Position numbers and translations under genes: made by a program. A stretch of DNA of 64,000 nt from Nitrosopumilaceae archaeon (GTDB lineage: Archaea > Thermoproteota > Nitrososphaeria > Nitrososphaerales > Nitrosopumilaceae), in contig OZ242274.1 of the NCBI GenBank assembly GCA_965207375.1, positions 1,568,001 to 1,632,000 of the forward strand, given 5' to 3'. Under the pieces are notes generated by a model. The model worked only from the letters and a program-made list of their open reading frames with translations. It searched no databases and had not been told where the DNA came from. This document shows, piece by piece, positions 42,520-50,940 of the stretch; the stretch's first letter is position 1; every line of letters begins with the position of its first letter.

Positions 42520-42876
42520 ATGGCAGAAAAAATCGTAAAAAAGACTCCAAAGACTAAGGGAGTAAAAGACAAGCCTGTCAAGGCCAAGGCAAAAAAACCC
42601 AAGACTACAGACAAGCCCAAAACAAAGACAAAACCCAAGGTCACAAAGACAAAACCCAAGGTAACAAAACCAAAAGCAACAAAACCCAAGGTAACAAAAC
42701 CAAAAGCAACAAAACCCAAGGTCCCAAAGTCAAAACCCCAAAAAAAAGTAAAAGAGGAAACAGTAGATATGGGAATAGTCATAGTAGAAGATGAGATAAC
42801 CATTGATCAGGAGAAAATCAACGAAGAACGACGAGCATATCTTGAGGAAGCAAGGTCTCAAGATGCCTTTGATTGA
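42520..42876 (+). CDS. Lys/Pro/Thr-rich repeat protein with an acidic C-terminal tail
   Basis: TKPKV/TKPKA repeats (30-bp and 21-bp DNA units) and EERRAYLEEARSQD tail. Confidence 0.7.
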   Translation: MAEKIVKKTPKTKGVKDKPVKAKAKKPKTTDKPKTKTKPKVTKTKPKVTKPKATKPKVTKPKATKPKVPKSKPQKKVKEETVDMGIVIVEDEITIDQEKINEERRAYLEEARSQDAFD

Positions 42877-42911
42877 GCAATCCTTATCATCATTGGTGTT
42901 TTAGTGATATT

Positions 42912-43151
42912 ATGCGTGCTTTGTGTATGATTACTGTAAAGCCAGGAAAGGTGGATGTAGTAGTTGGAGTTTTGAAGAAAAAACGCAAGATTTCAAAAGA
43001 AATCATGATAGTTACTGGCAGGGCAGATATCTGCGTCCTGCTTACAGGCTCAATTGATGAGATAAACAATTTGGTAATTGATTTTAAAAAAATCAAAGAG
43101 ATTGAAACTACTGAGACGCTAATTGAGGTGGAGGTCAATTTAGGATGGTAA
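42912..43151 (+). CDS. Stand-alone Lrp/AsnC ligand-binding (RAM) domain
   Basis: VTGRADI...IETTETLI. Confidence 0.8.
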   Translation: MRALCMITVKPGKVDVVVGVLKKKRKISKEIMIVTGRADICVLLTGSIDEINNLVIDFKKIKEIETTETLIEVEVNLGW

Positions 43152-43363
43152 GGGCCATAGTTTTAGTAAAATCACCCAAAAAACTGATTGCAGCAAGATT
43201 ACGCAAAGTACAGGCAATTTACGACTCTTTTCCCACAAGTGGACAGTTTGATGCAGTTGCCATAATCGAGGTCAAAGAACTATCCATGATAAAAGATGTG
43301 ACCCTTGAAATTCAAAAGATCAATGGTGTAGAAAGAACAGAAACCATGGTAGAGGTTCAATGA
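43145..43363 (+). CDS. Stand-alone Lrp/AsnC ligand-binding (RAM) domain
   Basis: TSGQFDAV...INGVERTETMV. Confidence 0.8.
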   Translation: MVRAIVLVKSPKKLIAARLRKVQAIYDSFPTSGQFDAVAIIEVKELSMIKDVTLEIQKINGVERTETMVEVQ

Positions 43364-43411
43364 CTCTTTTACAACAGTTTGTTTTTATGTTACTTTTACA
43401 TACACAATAGA

Positions 43412-43825
43412 GTGAATATCAAAAAAGTTGGAAACGTAATTCTGGCAGTACAGGACATTGATAAATCTCTAGAGTTTTATCATGATCTCATAGGTTTGCC
43501 AATCAAGAACCAAAGACGCTCATGGGTGGATTTGGGAACTAGCGGCGCACTATTGAGCTTGCATCCGGCCTCACTTACAGCAGAACACATTGGAAGTTCC
43601 ATTGAAAATGGAATTACCGTTGGTTTTTTGGTTGGTGATGTTGAATCTGCAGTTGCCGAATTAAAGGAAAATGGCGTTCGCATATACAGAGACATTACAA
43701 AAAGAGAGGCAGGAAAAAATGCAATTGTATTGGATCCTGACGACTATCTGGTGTCATTGTTTGAACCCACATTTGAAGACAAAGCCCAGCAAACAGGCGG
43801 ATATCAAGGATTCACTCCGGCCTGA
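43412..43825 (+). CDS. VOC/glyoxalase family protein
   Basis: VQDIDKSLEFY..LIG and DPDDY motifs. Confidence 0.88.
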   Translation: MNIKKVGNVILAVQDIDKSLEFYHDLIGLPIKNQRRSWVDLGTSGALLSLHPASLTAEHIGSSIENGITVGFLVGDVESAVAELKENGVRIYRDITKREAGKNAIVLDPDDYLVSLFEPTFEDKAQQTGGYQGFTPA

Positions 43826-44059
43826 ATTGCCTTTTTTATTTTTGTAAAACTCAGTTTAGATATTACATTTAATTTTGAATTTTAATTTGAGGGGAGTTTA
43901 ATTTGAGAAAATCGAGACTTTTGTTTCGTGATATAGTCGTAGATGATTCTAGTTTAAAATTGCAATTATATTCAAATCTCAGATCAAAGATTTCACTGAA
44001 ACATTGTAGCGAATTATACGTTGTTGATGGGTTAACTGATGAAAAAGTTATCTTTTTAT

Positions 44060-44165
44060 CAGCTAAGCGAAATGTGGCCAAAATCCTAGTCTGGCGGCGG
44101 CTTGGACTAATACATCAACTCAAAATCCATCTGTACTTTGAAAACTAGCATGGTCATAATACTCT
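44060..44165 (+). repeat. Family-B-type end (CAGCTAAGCGAAATGTGG) with a distinct interior
   Basis: Terminus shared with MITE family B; interior matches 30925-31012. Confidence 0.75.
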
Positions 44166-44210
44166 GCAATCTTTTTTCTGCCCAACGATTAATTAAGTGA
44201 TTTTTTTTAA

Positions 44211-44597
44211 CTAAATTGTACGTTTTATCTTTAAAATCAAATTAGATATGCTTTGTACATCTGACTCTATTGAGATATAGTATACGTAATTGTTTTTTTG
44301 CAACAGTACGATGTAGACTTTATCATGCTGGATAGTAATGTGATCCAACTTGCCAATGGGTTTGACAAATTCCCTTCTCATGTTTAACAGACTCGATATC
44401 AAAAAAAACTCATTTTTAGTGTGATCAGTATTTAATAGTGGTTTTGTATCAGAACGCAACATTCCGGTCATGGTTCTTCCATATTGGTTTATCACCCCAA
44501 CATAACGAATTTTTTTAGAAAGTTTTAGTATGTTTTGACAATTTTTCCTCAATTTTACGATATTTGAATTCCATTTGTCCGAAGGTGTTTTGACCAT
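44211..44597 (-). CDS. Roadblock/profilin-like thaumarchaeal protein (DUF6659-like)
   Basis: C..IL.L..KIRYVGVIN..G pattern. Confidence 0.65.
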   Translation of the reverse strand: MVKTPSDKWNSNIVKLRKNCQNILKLSKKIRYVGVINQYGRTMTGMLRSDTKPLLNTDHTKNEFFLISSLLNMRREFVKPIGKLDHITIQHDKVYIVLLQKNNYVYYISIESDVQSISNLILKIKRTI

Positions 44598-44631
44598 AAT
44601 CAACAATTCTTTAAAATTTCTCCCAAACTTC

Positions 44632-45000
44632 CTATGGATTTGGTTTGGTTGTCTCATCTAGATGTTTTTTAAGTTCAAGGTTTTCCTTCATCAGTTTTTC
44701 ATTTTCTGATTTTAAAATACTGACTGATATTTGCTTTGTGTACAGCGGATGTCCCGGAGGAATAATTCTAGAGTTTTGTAATTGTAATAATTCTGAGGCA
44801 TGTTTTTGATACATTTGTTGGAAATCTTCAATATTTGGCATCAATGATGAGGCATCTCTTGTAATTTTTCTAGGCGTGCTAAAACTACTAGTCATAGGAT
44901 GCATCAATCCAGGAGGCAATCTTGGAAATTGCAAACTAGGCGGTATGACATTTGGGTTTAATCCAAAGAGTGTTTGCATGTGATGTACTGCTTCATCCAT
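44632..45000 (-). CDS. Hypothetical protein, Pro-rich with a C-terminal coiled coil
   Basis: ORF with IIPPGHPL and LKSENEKLMKENLELKK. Confidence 0.6.
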   Translation of the reverse strand: MDEAVHHMQTLFGLNPNVIPPSLQFPRLPPGLMHPMTSSFSTPRKITRDASSLMPNIEDFQQMYQKHASELLQLQNSRIIPPGHPLYTKQISVSILKSENEKLMKENLELKKHLDETTKPNP

Positions 45001-45037
45001 GTTTTTTAATAAAAAAAGGTGTATTTTTGCCTTTGCT

Positions 45038-45133
45038 CAGCAAAGCCAAATGTGGCCCAAATTCTTAATCTGCCACGATTCTCTGCATTTTGGGATAGAT
45101 TTTGGCCTATTTTGCCCATATTTTGCTTAGATG
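45038..45133 (+). repeat. MITE-like family B, copy 1
   Basis: Inverted ends CAGCAAAGCCAAATGTGG / CCATATTTTGCTTAGATG; core TTTTGGGATAGATTTTGGCCTATTTT; flanks TTGCT/TTACT. Confidence 0.85.
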
Positions 45134-45231
45134 TTACTAAATATACTGATTAGTTAAATTAAAGTCGTTTTTTGTAAAAAACAGTTGATCGCAGATCCTT
45201 ATAGAATATGCTAATTTGATCGCAGTTACTG

Positions 45232-45375
45232 ATGGAGGGAATAAAACACTGCATACGGTGTAAAAAAGAAATTAAAAAGGCAGACTTGCATAAAATCGTA
45301 ATTTATGTAGTTAGAGACAGATTCACCGAGCACCATTACGAACATGTCGAATGTCCTGACAAATTCACAGTCTAG
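45232..45375 (+). CDS. 47-aa Zn-finger microprotein (CxxC...HxxC), absent from the ORF track
   Basis: MEGIKHCIRCKKEIKK...HYEHVECPDKFTV*. Confidence 0.65.
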   Translation: MEGIKHCIRCKKEIKKADLHKIVIYVVRDRFTEHHYEHVECPDKFTV

Positions 45376-46154
45376 ATGTACTCATAAACAGGATATAACT
45401 TTCCGCTGGTTCTAGAATGATACTTCCATTCGTTATTTTTCCAGACTATTAATTTGAATTCTTTTTGTGAATCTGGATGCAATCTAGAGTATACGTCTTC
45501 GCCGATAAGAATCTGATTAGGCTTTGCCATAGATTGGATTTTTGCAGCAATATTCATTGGAGGGCCCATAATATCTACGTGAGATTGCCTTGCATCAGCA
45601 CCGTACCGTACAATGATGTTTTGACCGTAATCGATTCCGATTTTAACCTTCAAATCTGGATAATCATACTGATTTAGAATTGGATTTATTCCATTTTCAA
45701 TAACTGTAATCATTGATTTGGCAGCACCTACTGCATTATCTGCTGCAAGCAACGAGTTTTCTTCAGCTATAAAGTATCCAATAACTGCATCACCTACAAA
45801 TTTTAAAACAAACCCATTATACCGATGAATGACAGATGCCATTTCTTGGGCAAAGGAACTGATAATTATTGCAATTTTTTCACTGGGAAGCTCTAATGTC
45901 ATTTGAGTGGATCCTACCAGATCAACGTAAAGTGAAATCATGTTCATCCGTTCAAACACATGCTTGCGCAAAAATTCTTCAGAATTATCAGTAACACCTG
46001 CATACTCGTATCCTTTTTTTAGTGCCCCCCAAACTCGGACCTGTGTGTCCTTGATTAATGCCTCTGAATCTTTAACCTCTATGTTATTTTTACCCATTAC
46101 AATATCAATTACGTCTGGTCCCAAATCCTGATTACTAGTGTTATTTTTACTCAT
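45372..46154 (-). CDS. Class III adenylate/guanylate cyclase
   Basis: YVDLVGST, KFVGDAV, DIMG and MNIAAK motifs. Confidence 0.88.
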   Translation of the reverse strand: MSKNNTSNQDLGPDVIDIVMGKNNIEVKDSEALIKDTQVRVWGALKKGYEYAGVTDNSEEFLRKHVFERMNMISLYVDLVGSTQMTLELPSEKIAIIISSFAQEMASVIHRYNGFVLKFVGDAVIGYFIAEENSLLAADNAVGAAKSMITVIENGINPILNQYDYPDLKVKIGIDYGQNIIVRYGADARQSHVDIMGPPMNIAAKIQSMAKPNQILIGEDVYSRLHPDSQKEFKLIVWKNNEWKYHSRTSGKLYPVYEYI

Positions 46155-46350
46155 GTATCATCACTCTAAAGGAAAGTCAATCCCACATATTTGACATCTT
46201 CCTCTTTTACCCTTGTATTTGTCATTATAGTACTCTATTAGATCATTGTTACAGTTATCACACGTCCACTTGCTCATGATTTAATTTGACGCTTTTTGTA
46301 TTTAAAATGATTCACTCAATATTTAATGTGGGCATAATCAAATATTCTAC

Positions 46351-47184
46351 ATGAGAATAGGAAACAATTCTACAAACGAATTCATTCTCCAACTCAACGA
46401 TGTTAATAAAAAAATTCAAGATAAATTTGTAGAAAAAATGAAACAAAAAACTATTGCAGTTCCAGCAAAGGTGATGTTAGGGAATTGCACAATAACTGAA
46501 CAGTTAACATTTGATCCAATTTTGGTACAAAATTATTTTAAAACAATAACTCAAAATTTACAAGGATGGACCATTCGCGACATAACCATTACAAACAATG
46601 AAGATATCAGAAGAATATTTGTAAAATATCAGGTAAAAGAGGGAAATTATTTGCTATCAGGACACATGTCTATTCAGTTTCATGTTTTGTTGTATTACAA
46701 GACAGATCACAGAGTCATAGAGGCACAAAAAGAGCTATCACAAATTATTGATTTGACAAAGGAAAAAGAAACAAAACTTGCAGATCAAAATGATCAATTT
46801 GTAATTGACAGATTACATGAGCTAGGATATACAGATTTGGATCATGAAAAATTATTTGAGATCCTTTTTGAAAACGACAAACTGCGAGAAAAAATATATC
46901 AAGACATTTATGAAAATTCGGATGTAGATTTTGAGAAATTATCAAAACAAAAGCAGAATCTGTTTGATGAGCTAGATTGTTTACTAGTTGAAACATATCA
47001 AACAAGTTCTGTATTAATTGATGATGCAAGACTAGTTACAGGGGAGGAAGGGTATCTGTGCACCTTTGATTTGGAATATGTAAAAGGAAACATACGTGAA
47101 GGCTTGTTTGATCCGAAAAAAATCCCAAATGCTATACAAGAGGATCTCAGAAAAAGACTGGTAGATTTTGAAAATTTACTATAA
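46351..47184 (+). CDS. Conserved hypothetical protein
   Basis: 277-aa ORF with normal composition. Confidence 0.7.
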   Translation: MRIGNNSTNEFILQLNDVNKKIQDKFVEKMKQKTIAVPAKVMLGNCTITEQLTFDPILVQNYFKTITQNLQGWTIRDITITNNEDIRRIFVKYQVKEGNYLLSGHMSIQFHVLLYYKTDHRVIEAQKELSQIIDLTKEKETKLADQNDQFVIDRLHELGYTDLDHEKLFEILFENDKLREKIYQDIYENSDVDFEKLSKQKQNLFDELDCLLVETYQTSSVLIDDARLVTGEEGYLCTFDLEYVKGNIREGLFDPKKIPNAIQEDLRKRLVDFENLL

Positions 47185-47271
47185 TCGTACTTTGTAGAGT
47201 TGATTTGTACCTAAATGATGACATAATGATTGAAAAATTAGTCATGAGTTAAACCAAGTACCTATAATCAA

Positions 47272-47324
47272 GAGGCCTAGAACTGAGGAGGGTTTTCCTC
47301 TAGGGGAGATCCGGCCTCCCGACA
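47272..47324. ncRNA. Candidate small structured RNA (H/ACA-like hairpin ending in ACA)
   Basis: GAGGCC/GGCCTC stem, apical GAGG/CCTC stem, terminal ACA; GC-rich intergenic island. Confidence 0.4.
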
Positions 47325-47445
47325 TACTTTGATCGCTATAACGCAAGTATATAGGCATTTACTGAAAAATATGCCTAGTTTTTCTGCCAAAAAATCAAAG
47401 AAAATACAACAAGTCAAATATATCACTAGACTGCAAAATGTTCTC

Positions 47446-48651
47446 ATGAATCCAACATTACAAGAGGTAGAAAAGGCAAACAAAATACGTGGAACCGTAA
47501 TTAGAAAAACACCTCTGGTATATTCTCCAATATTTAGTAATTTAACCGGTTCTGAGATTTATTTCAAATCAGAGTTTCAGCAAAAAACTGGTTCGTTTAA
47601 AATTCGAGGAGCATATTATAAGGTTCAAACGCTCTCAGAGGACGAAAAAAGAAAAGGCGTAGTGGCAGCTTCTGCTGGCAACCATGCACAGGGGGTAGCA
47701 TATGCTGCAGCAACTAAGAATATTCCTTGTACCATAGTCATGCCAAAGACTGCATCTCCTGCAAAGGTAGCTGCAACTAGGGGATACGGGGCAAATGTAC
47801 TATTAGAAGGCAGTAACTATGATGAATCATCTGCAAAGGCATTACAAATATCGCAACAAACCGGAGCAACAATAATTCATGCATTTGATGACCCGCAGAT
47901 AATTGCAGCACAGGGCGTAATAGGATTAGAGATTCTAGAGGACCTGCCAGATGTTGATGAAATTTACGTTCCTATTGGCGGCGGCGGACTAGCAGCGGGT
48001 GTTTTAATTGCAGTAAAGGCAAAAAATCCAAATGTCAGAATAATTGGAGTCCAGTCTGCATCTTTTCCATCAATGAAGACTTCTTTACAGCAAAACTCTT
48101 TGGTTACTGATGGTGGAGACAGGACAATAGCTGACGGCATTTCGGTAAAAACACCTGGAAGAATTACATTTGAAATCATTCGAAAACTAATTGATGAAAT
48201 TGTTCTAGTAGAGGATAATGAAATTATCAAGACTATGTTTTTGCTAATGGAGAGAAGCAAAGTTGTAGTAGAGCCTGCAGGTGCAGTTAGTTTGGCATAT
48301 TTGCAGGCAAACAAGCCGTCTCCTGGCAAGAAGGTCGTAGCAGTTATGGGTGGAGGAAATGTTGACATGTATTTGTTGGGACAGATTGTAGACAAGGGCC
48401 TAGCAGCAGTAGGAAGACTGTTAAAAATTGAGATAATGTTACGTGACAAACCAGGCGCATTAAAAGAGGTGGTAGATGAAATAACTGCAGTTAATGCAAA
48501 CATTGTGGAAGTCATTCATGACAGAATCAGTTTTGATGTAAATGCAGGCTCTGTAAGTGTGACTTTGAGCTTGGAAACTGAAGGTAGGGAGCATGCAGAA
48601 AAACTAGTAGAGCATTTAAAGCAAAAAAACATTGAATTTAAGCTAAAATAG
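47446..48651 (+). CDS. ilvA: Threonine ammonia-lyase with ACT domain
   Basis: QKTGSFKIRGA, SAGNHAQG, PIGGGGL and EPAGA motifs. Confidence 0.93.
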   Translation: MNPTLQEVEKANKIRGTVIRKTPLVYSPIFSNLTGSEIYFKSEFQQKTGSFKIRGAYYKVQTLSEDEKRKGVVAASAGNHAQGVAYAAATKNIPCTIVMPKTASPAKVAATRGYGANVLLEGSNYDESSAKALQISQQTGATIIHAFDDPQIIAAQGVIGLEILEDLPDVDEIYVPIGGGGLAAGVLIAVKAKNPNVRIIGVQSASFPSMKTSLQQNSLVTDGGDRTIADGISVKTPGRITFEIIRKLIDEIVLVEDNEIIKTMFLLMERSKVVVEPAGAVSLAYLQANKPSPGKKVVAVMGGGNVDMYLLGQIVDKGLAAVGRLLKIEIMLRDKPGALKEVVDEITAVNANIVEVIHDRISFDVNAGSVSVTLSLETEGREHAEKLVEHLKQKNIEFKLK

Positions 48652-48653
48652 CC

Positions 48654-49223
48654 TTAATGGAATTTTTTTTCGTGAAATTTTACTAGTCCGTACTTTTTCA
48701 TCTCTTCGGATTCTTTGAGAACAGATTTGTGCTGGTTGATTTTATGCTGTTTTAGTTTATTTCTCAATTGTTCTGATTCATTTGCTAGTATTTTCAATGC
48801 ATAAATGGCAGCATTTGCAGCCTTGTTAATTCCAACGGTTGCAACAGGTGACCCGTTTGGCATCTCTGAGATTGACAACAGTGAATCCATTCCTCCAAAT
48901 GCAGAAAAGTTGGTCTTTGATTTTTTATGTTCTTTGTCATTGTACACCAAAATTGGAACGCCAATAACCGGTATTATAGTAAATGAGGCAATCATTCCAG
49001 GCAGATGTGCTGCACCTCCTGCTCCTGCAATTATTGCCTTTAGGCCGGTTTGTTCTGCATGTACGGTATAGTCTTGCAATCTTGATGGAGTTCTGTGTGC
49101 AGAAACAATCTGATCCTCATGTGTGATTTTAAACTCGTCTAGAATCTCTGCTGCACCCTTCATGATTCTGCTATCTGAGCTTGAGCCCATAATAATTCCG
49201 ATCAGGGGCTTTTTTGTAACCAT
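48654..49223 (-). CDS. purE: N5-CAIR mutase
   Basis: IMGSSSD, SAHRTP and GAGGAAHLPG motifs. Confidence 0.96.
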   Translation of the reverse strand: MVTKKPLIGIIMGSSSDSRIMKGAAEILDEFKITHEDQIVSAHRTPSRLQDYTVHAEQTGLKAIIAGAGGAAHLPGMIASFTIIPVIGVPILVYNDKEHKKSKTNFSAFGGMDSLLSISEMPNGSPVATVGINKAANAAIYALKILANESEQLRNKLKQHKINQHKSVLKESEEMKKYGLVKFHEKKFH

Positions 49224-49266
49224 GCATAAAGTGAATCGATGATGTTTTTATCTATAACTATATAAT

Positions 49267-49367
49267 CAGCTAAGCAAAATGTGACCCAAATTCTTACCCC
49301 GCCCATATTGTTCTGTTTACATTTTGGGATAGATTTTGGCCTATTTTTTCCACATTTCATTTAGATG
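49267..49367 (+). repeat. MITE-like family B, copy 2
   Basis: CAGCTAAGCAAAATGTG...CACATTTCATTTAGATG with the conserved core. Confidence 0.85.
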
Positions 49368-49410
49368 ACAATTACAAATATTTTTAATCTACAATTGCAT
49401 ATGTAAATAC

Positions 49411-49551
49411 ATGTCAAATACAAAACAGATTGATTCTCCGCCACTTACAGAGGCAGAGATTGTAGATGTGGAATATTTTCGTGCCCATCCAGAAGAACAC
49501 AAGGTCATGACACCTGAGGAATTTTTCAAAGAAATACATGGCAGTAGTTGA
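49411..49551 (+). CDS. Small acidic putative antitoxin (46 aa), absent from the ORF track
   Basis: MSNTKQIDSPPLTEAEIVDVEYF...VMTPEEFFKEIHGSS*, ending 2 nt before the toxin ATG. Confidence 0.65.
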   Translation: MSNTKQIDSPPLTEAEIVDVEYFRAHPEEHKVMTPEEFFKEIHGSS

Positions 49552-49553
49552 AT

Positions 49554-49817
49554 ATGTGGAATCTGAAGATCAACGGCAGATTCGTCAAACAATACAAGAA
49601 TTTAGATTTGCAGATACAACAATTGGCAGACAAGGCAATATCAAACATTACATCGTCTCAAAACCCGTCTGATCTTGGCGTATACAAGTCCAATATCGGA
49701 GCATTTGCATATGAGCTTGGTAGAAAATACCGTATCATCTACTCAGTTACACATATGGAAAAAACAGTTGAACTTTTACGAATATGTGATCACAAATCAG
49801 TTTATGGTAAGGACTGA
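49554..49817 (+). CDS. RelE/ParE-superfamily toxin
   Basis: F.KQYK.L, YRIIY and LLRICDHKSVY pattern. Confidence 0.75.
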   Translation: MWNLKINGRFVKQYKNLDLQIQQLADKAISNITSSQNPSDLGVYKSNIGAFAYELGRKYRIIYSVTHMEKTVELLRICDHKSVYGKD

Positions 49818-49834
49818 TTCTGTATAGTTATAGA

Positions 49835-49931
49835 CATCTAAGCAAAATATAGTCCAAATTCTTACCCTGCCACTGTTCTCTGCATTTTTGGGATAGATTT
49901 TGGCCTATTTTGCACACATTTTGCTTAGCAG
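49835..49931 (+). repeat. MITE-like family B, copy 3
   Basis: CATCTAAGCAAAATATAG...CACATTTTGCTTAGCAG with the conserved core. Confidence 0.85.
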
Positions 49932-50358
49932 ATGATATCATTGTGATTTTTTGTAACGTCTGATTTTTCCCATATTTGTAGGTCTCTTGGTGACTATCTT
50001 GTTTAGTTATGGAATTGACTGATATTTCACTATTGATTTTTTACCAAGATCCGGCACGCAGTCAAGGATTTTTCATATGGGTGTTAATGTAGACGAATCT
50101 AGGAAAGAATTCCATATGCCTTGGACCTAAAGATGATCCATCAAAGGTAAAATAGAATAATGTAATCAAGGCATTGGATTATTCTTTGAGCAGAGCAGAT
50201 CATTGCCTAGATTCCTTTGATGAAATGCTTGTATTGCTTTCAAAACAGACTAGAGCAATATGTGTCAAAACACATTGTAAGATTCAAACCCAGAATCAAA
50301 AAACATTCAGATTTGTGCAAATAGTGATTCAAATCCACTATAATTTACGGTGATGCTC

Positions 50359-50496
50359 TCACATCTGGTTTTTCTTTAATTCGTTTAAGGCGTATTCTAT
50401 TCCATGAGATCTGCTTGAGAATTTTCTGGATTTGATTTCCGAGTCTAACCATTCGCACAGTTCCTTGTCAATAGACACACTGAATTTTGGTTTCAT
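50359..50496 (-). CDS. Ribbon-helix-helix (CopG/MetJ-like) protein, 45 aa, absent from the ORF track
   Basis: MKPKFSVSIDKELCEWLDSEIKSRKFSSRSHGIEYAL; AGGAG upstream. Confidence 0.75.
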   Translation of the reverse strand: MKPKFSVSIDKELCEWLDSEIKSRKFSSRSHGIEYALNELKKNQM

Positions 50497-50737
50497 GATG
50501 TTCTCCTAATGGAACATCAGATACTATTTTAAATAAACATGATCAAAGTAATGCTGTTGGTATCAGAATCAGAATTTAAGAAAAAACCATTTCCTTCTTT
50601 GAGTGGCACAATACGATATCACACTGTAAAAAAGGCAGACAAGGAAGATAGTGACGATGACTAGTGGTTTGCAATATTTTGCAGTCCATAATTATAAAAA
50701 AATGATATGGGTTTGAAAGTCCCCTTGTAGCTTTTTG

Positions 50738-50820
50738 GTACTTGTTTACCTCATGTCTAATTTTTCAATCACTATGTCATCATTTAGGTACAAATCAACT
50801 GCCACTACGTGAACAAATAC
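50738..50820. mobile_element. 83-bp MITE with ends matching the resident IS66
   Basis: Ends GTACTTGTTTAC / CGTGAACAAATAC match the IS66 TIRs; 8-bp TSD GCTTTTTG at 50730-50737 and 50821-50828. Confidence 0.85.
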
Positions 50821-50940
50821 GCTTTTTGCCATAATTGTGTGTATGTGGGGCTACTGTGGCCTTGCGTATGATATATTACAAAATTGCACATTTTAGACAA
50901 ACGATAAATTATGAATAAGGGGGGAAAATTTGTAGGTAAA

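Noticed and set aside
43869-44148. Two short overlapping ORFs on opposite strands
   Set aside because: They overlap a MITE-type end and have no coding signature.
47272-47324. HDV-like ribozyme or cobalamin riboswitch reading of the GC-rich hairpins
   Set aside because: A CCTCCTC loop-like segment exists on the minus strand, but P1, P1.1 and P2 pairings or B12-box motifs could not be completed.
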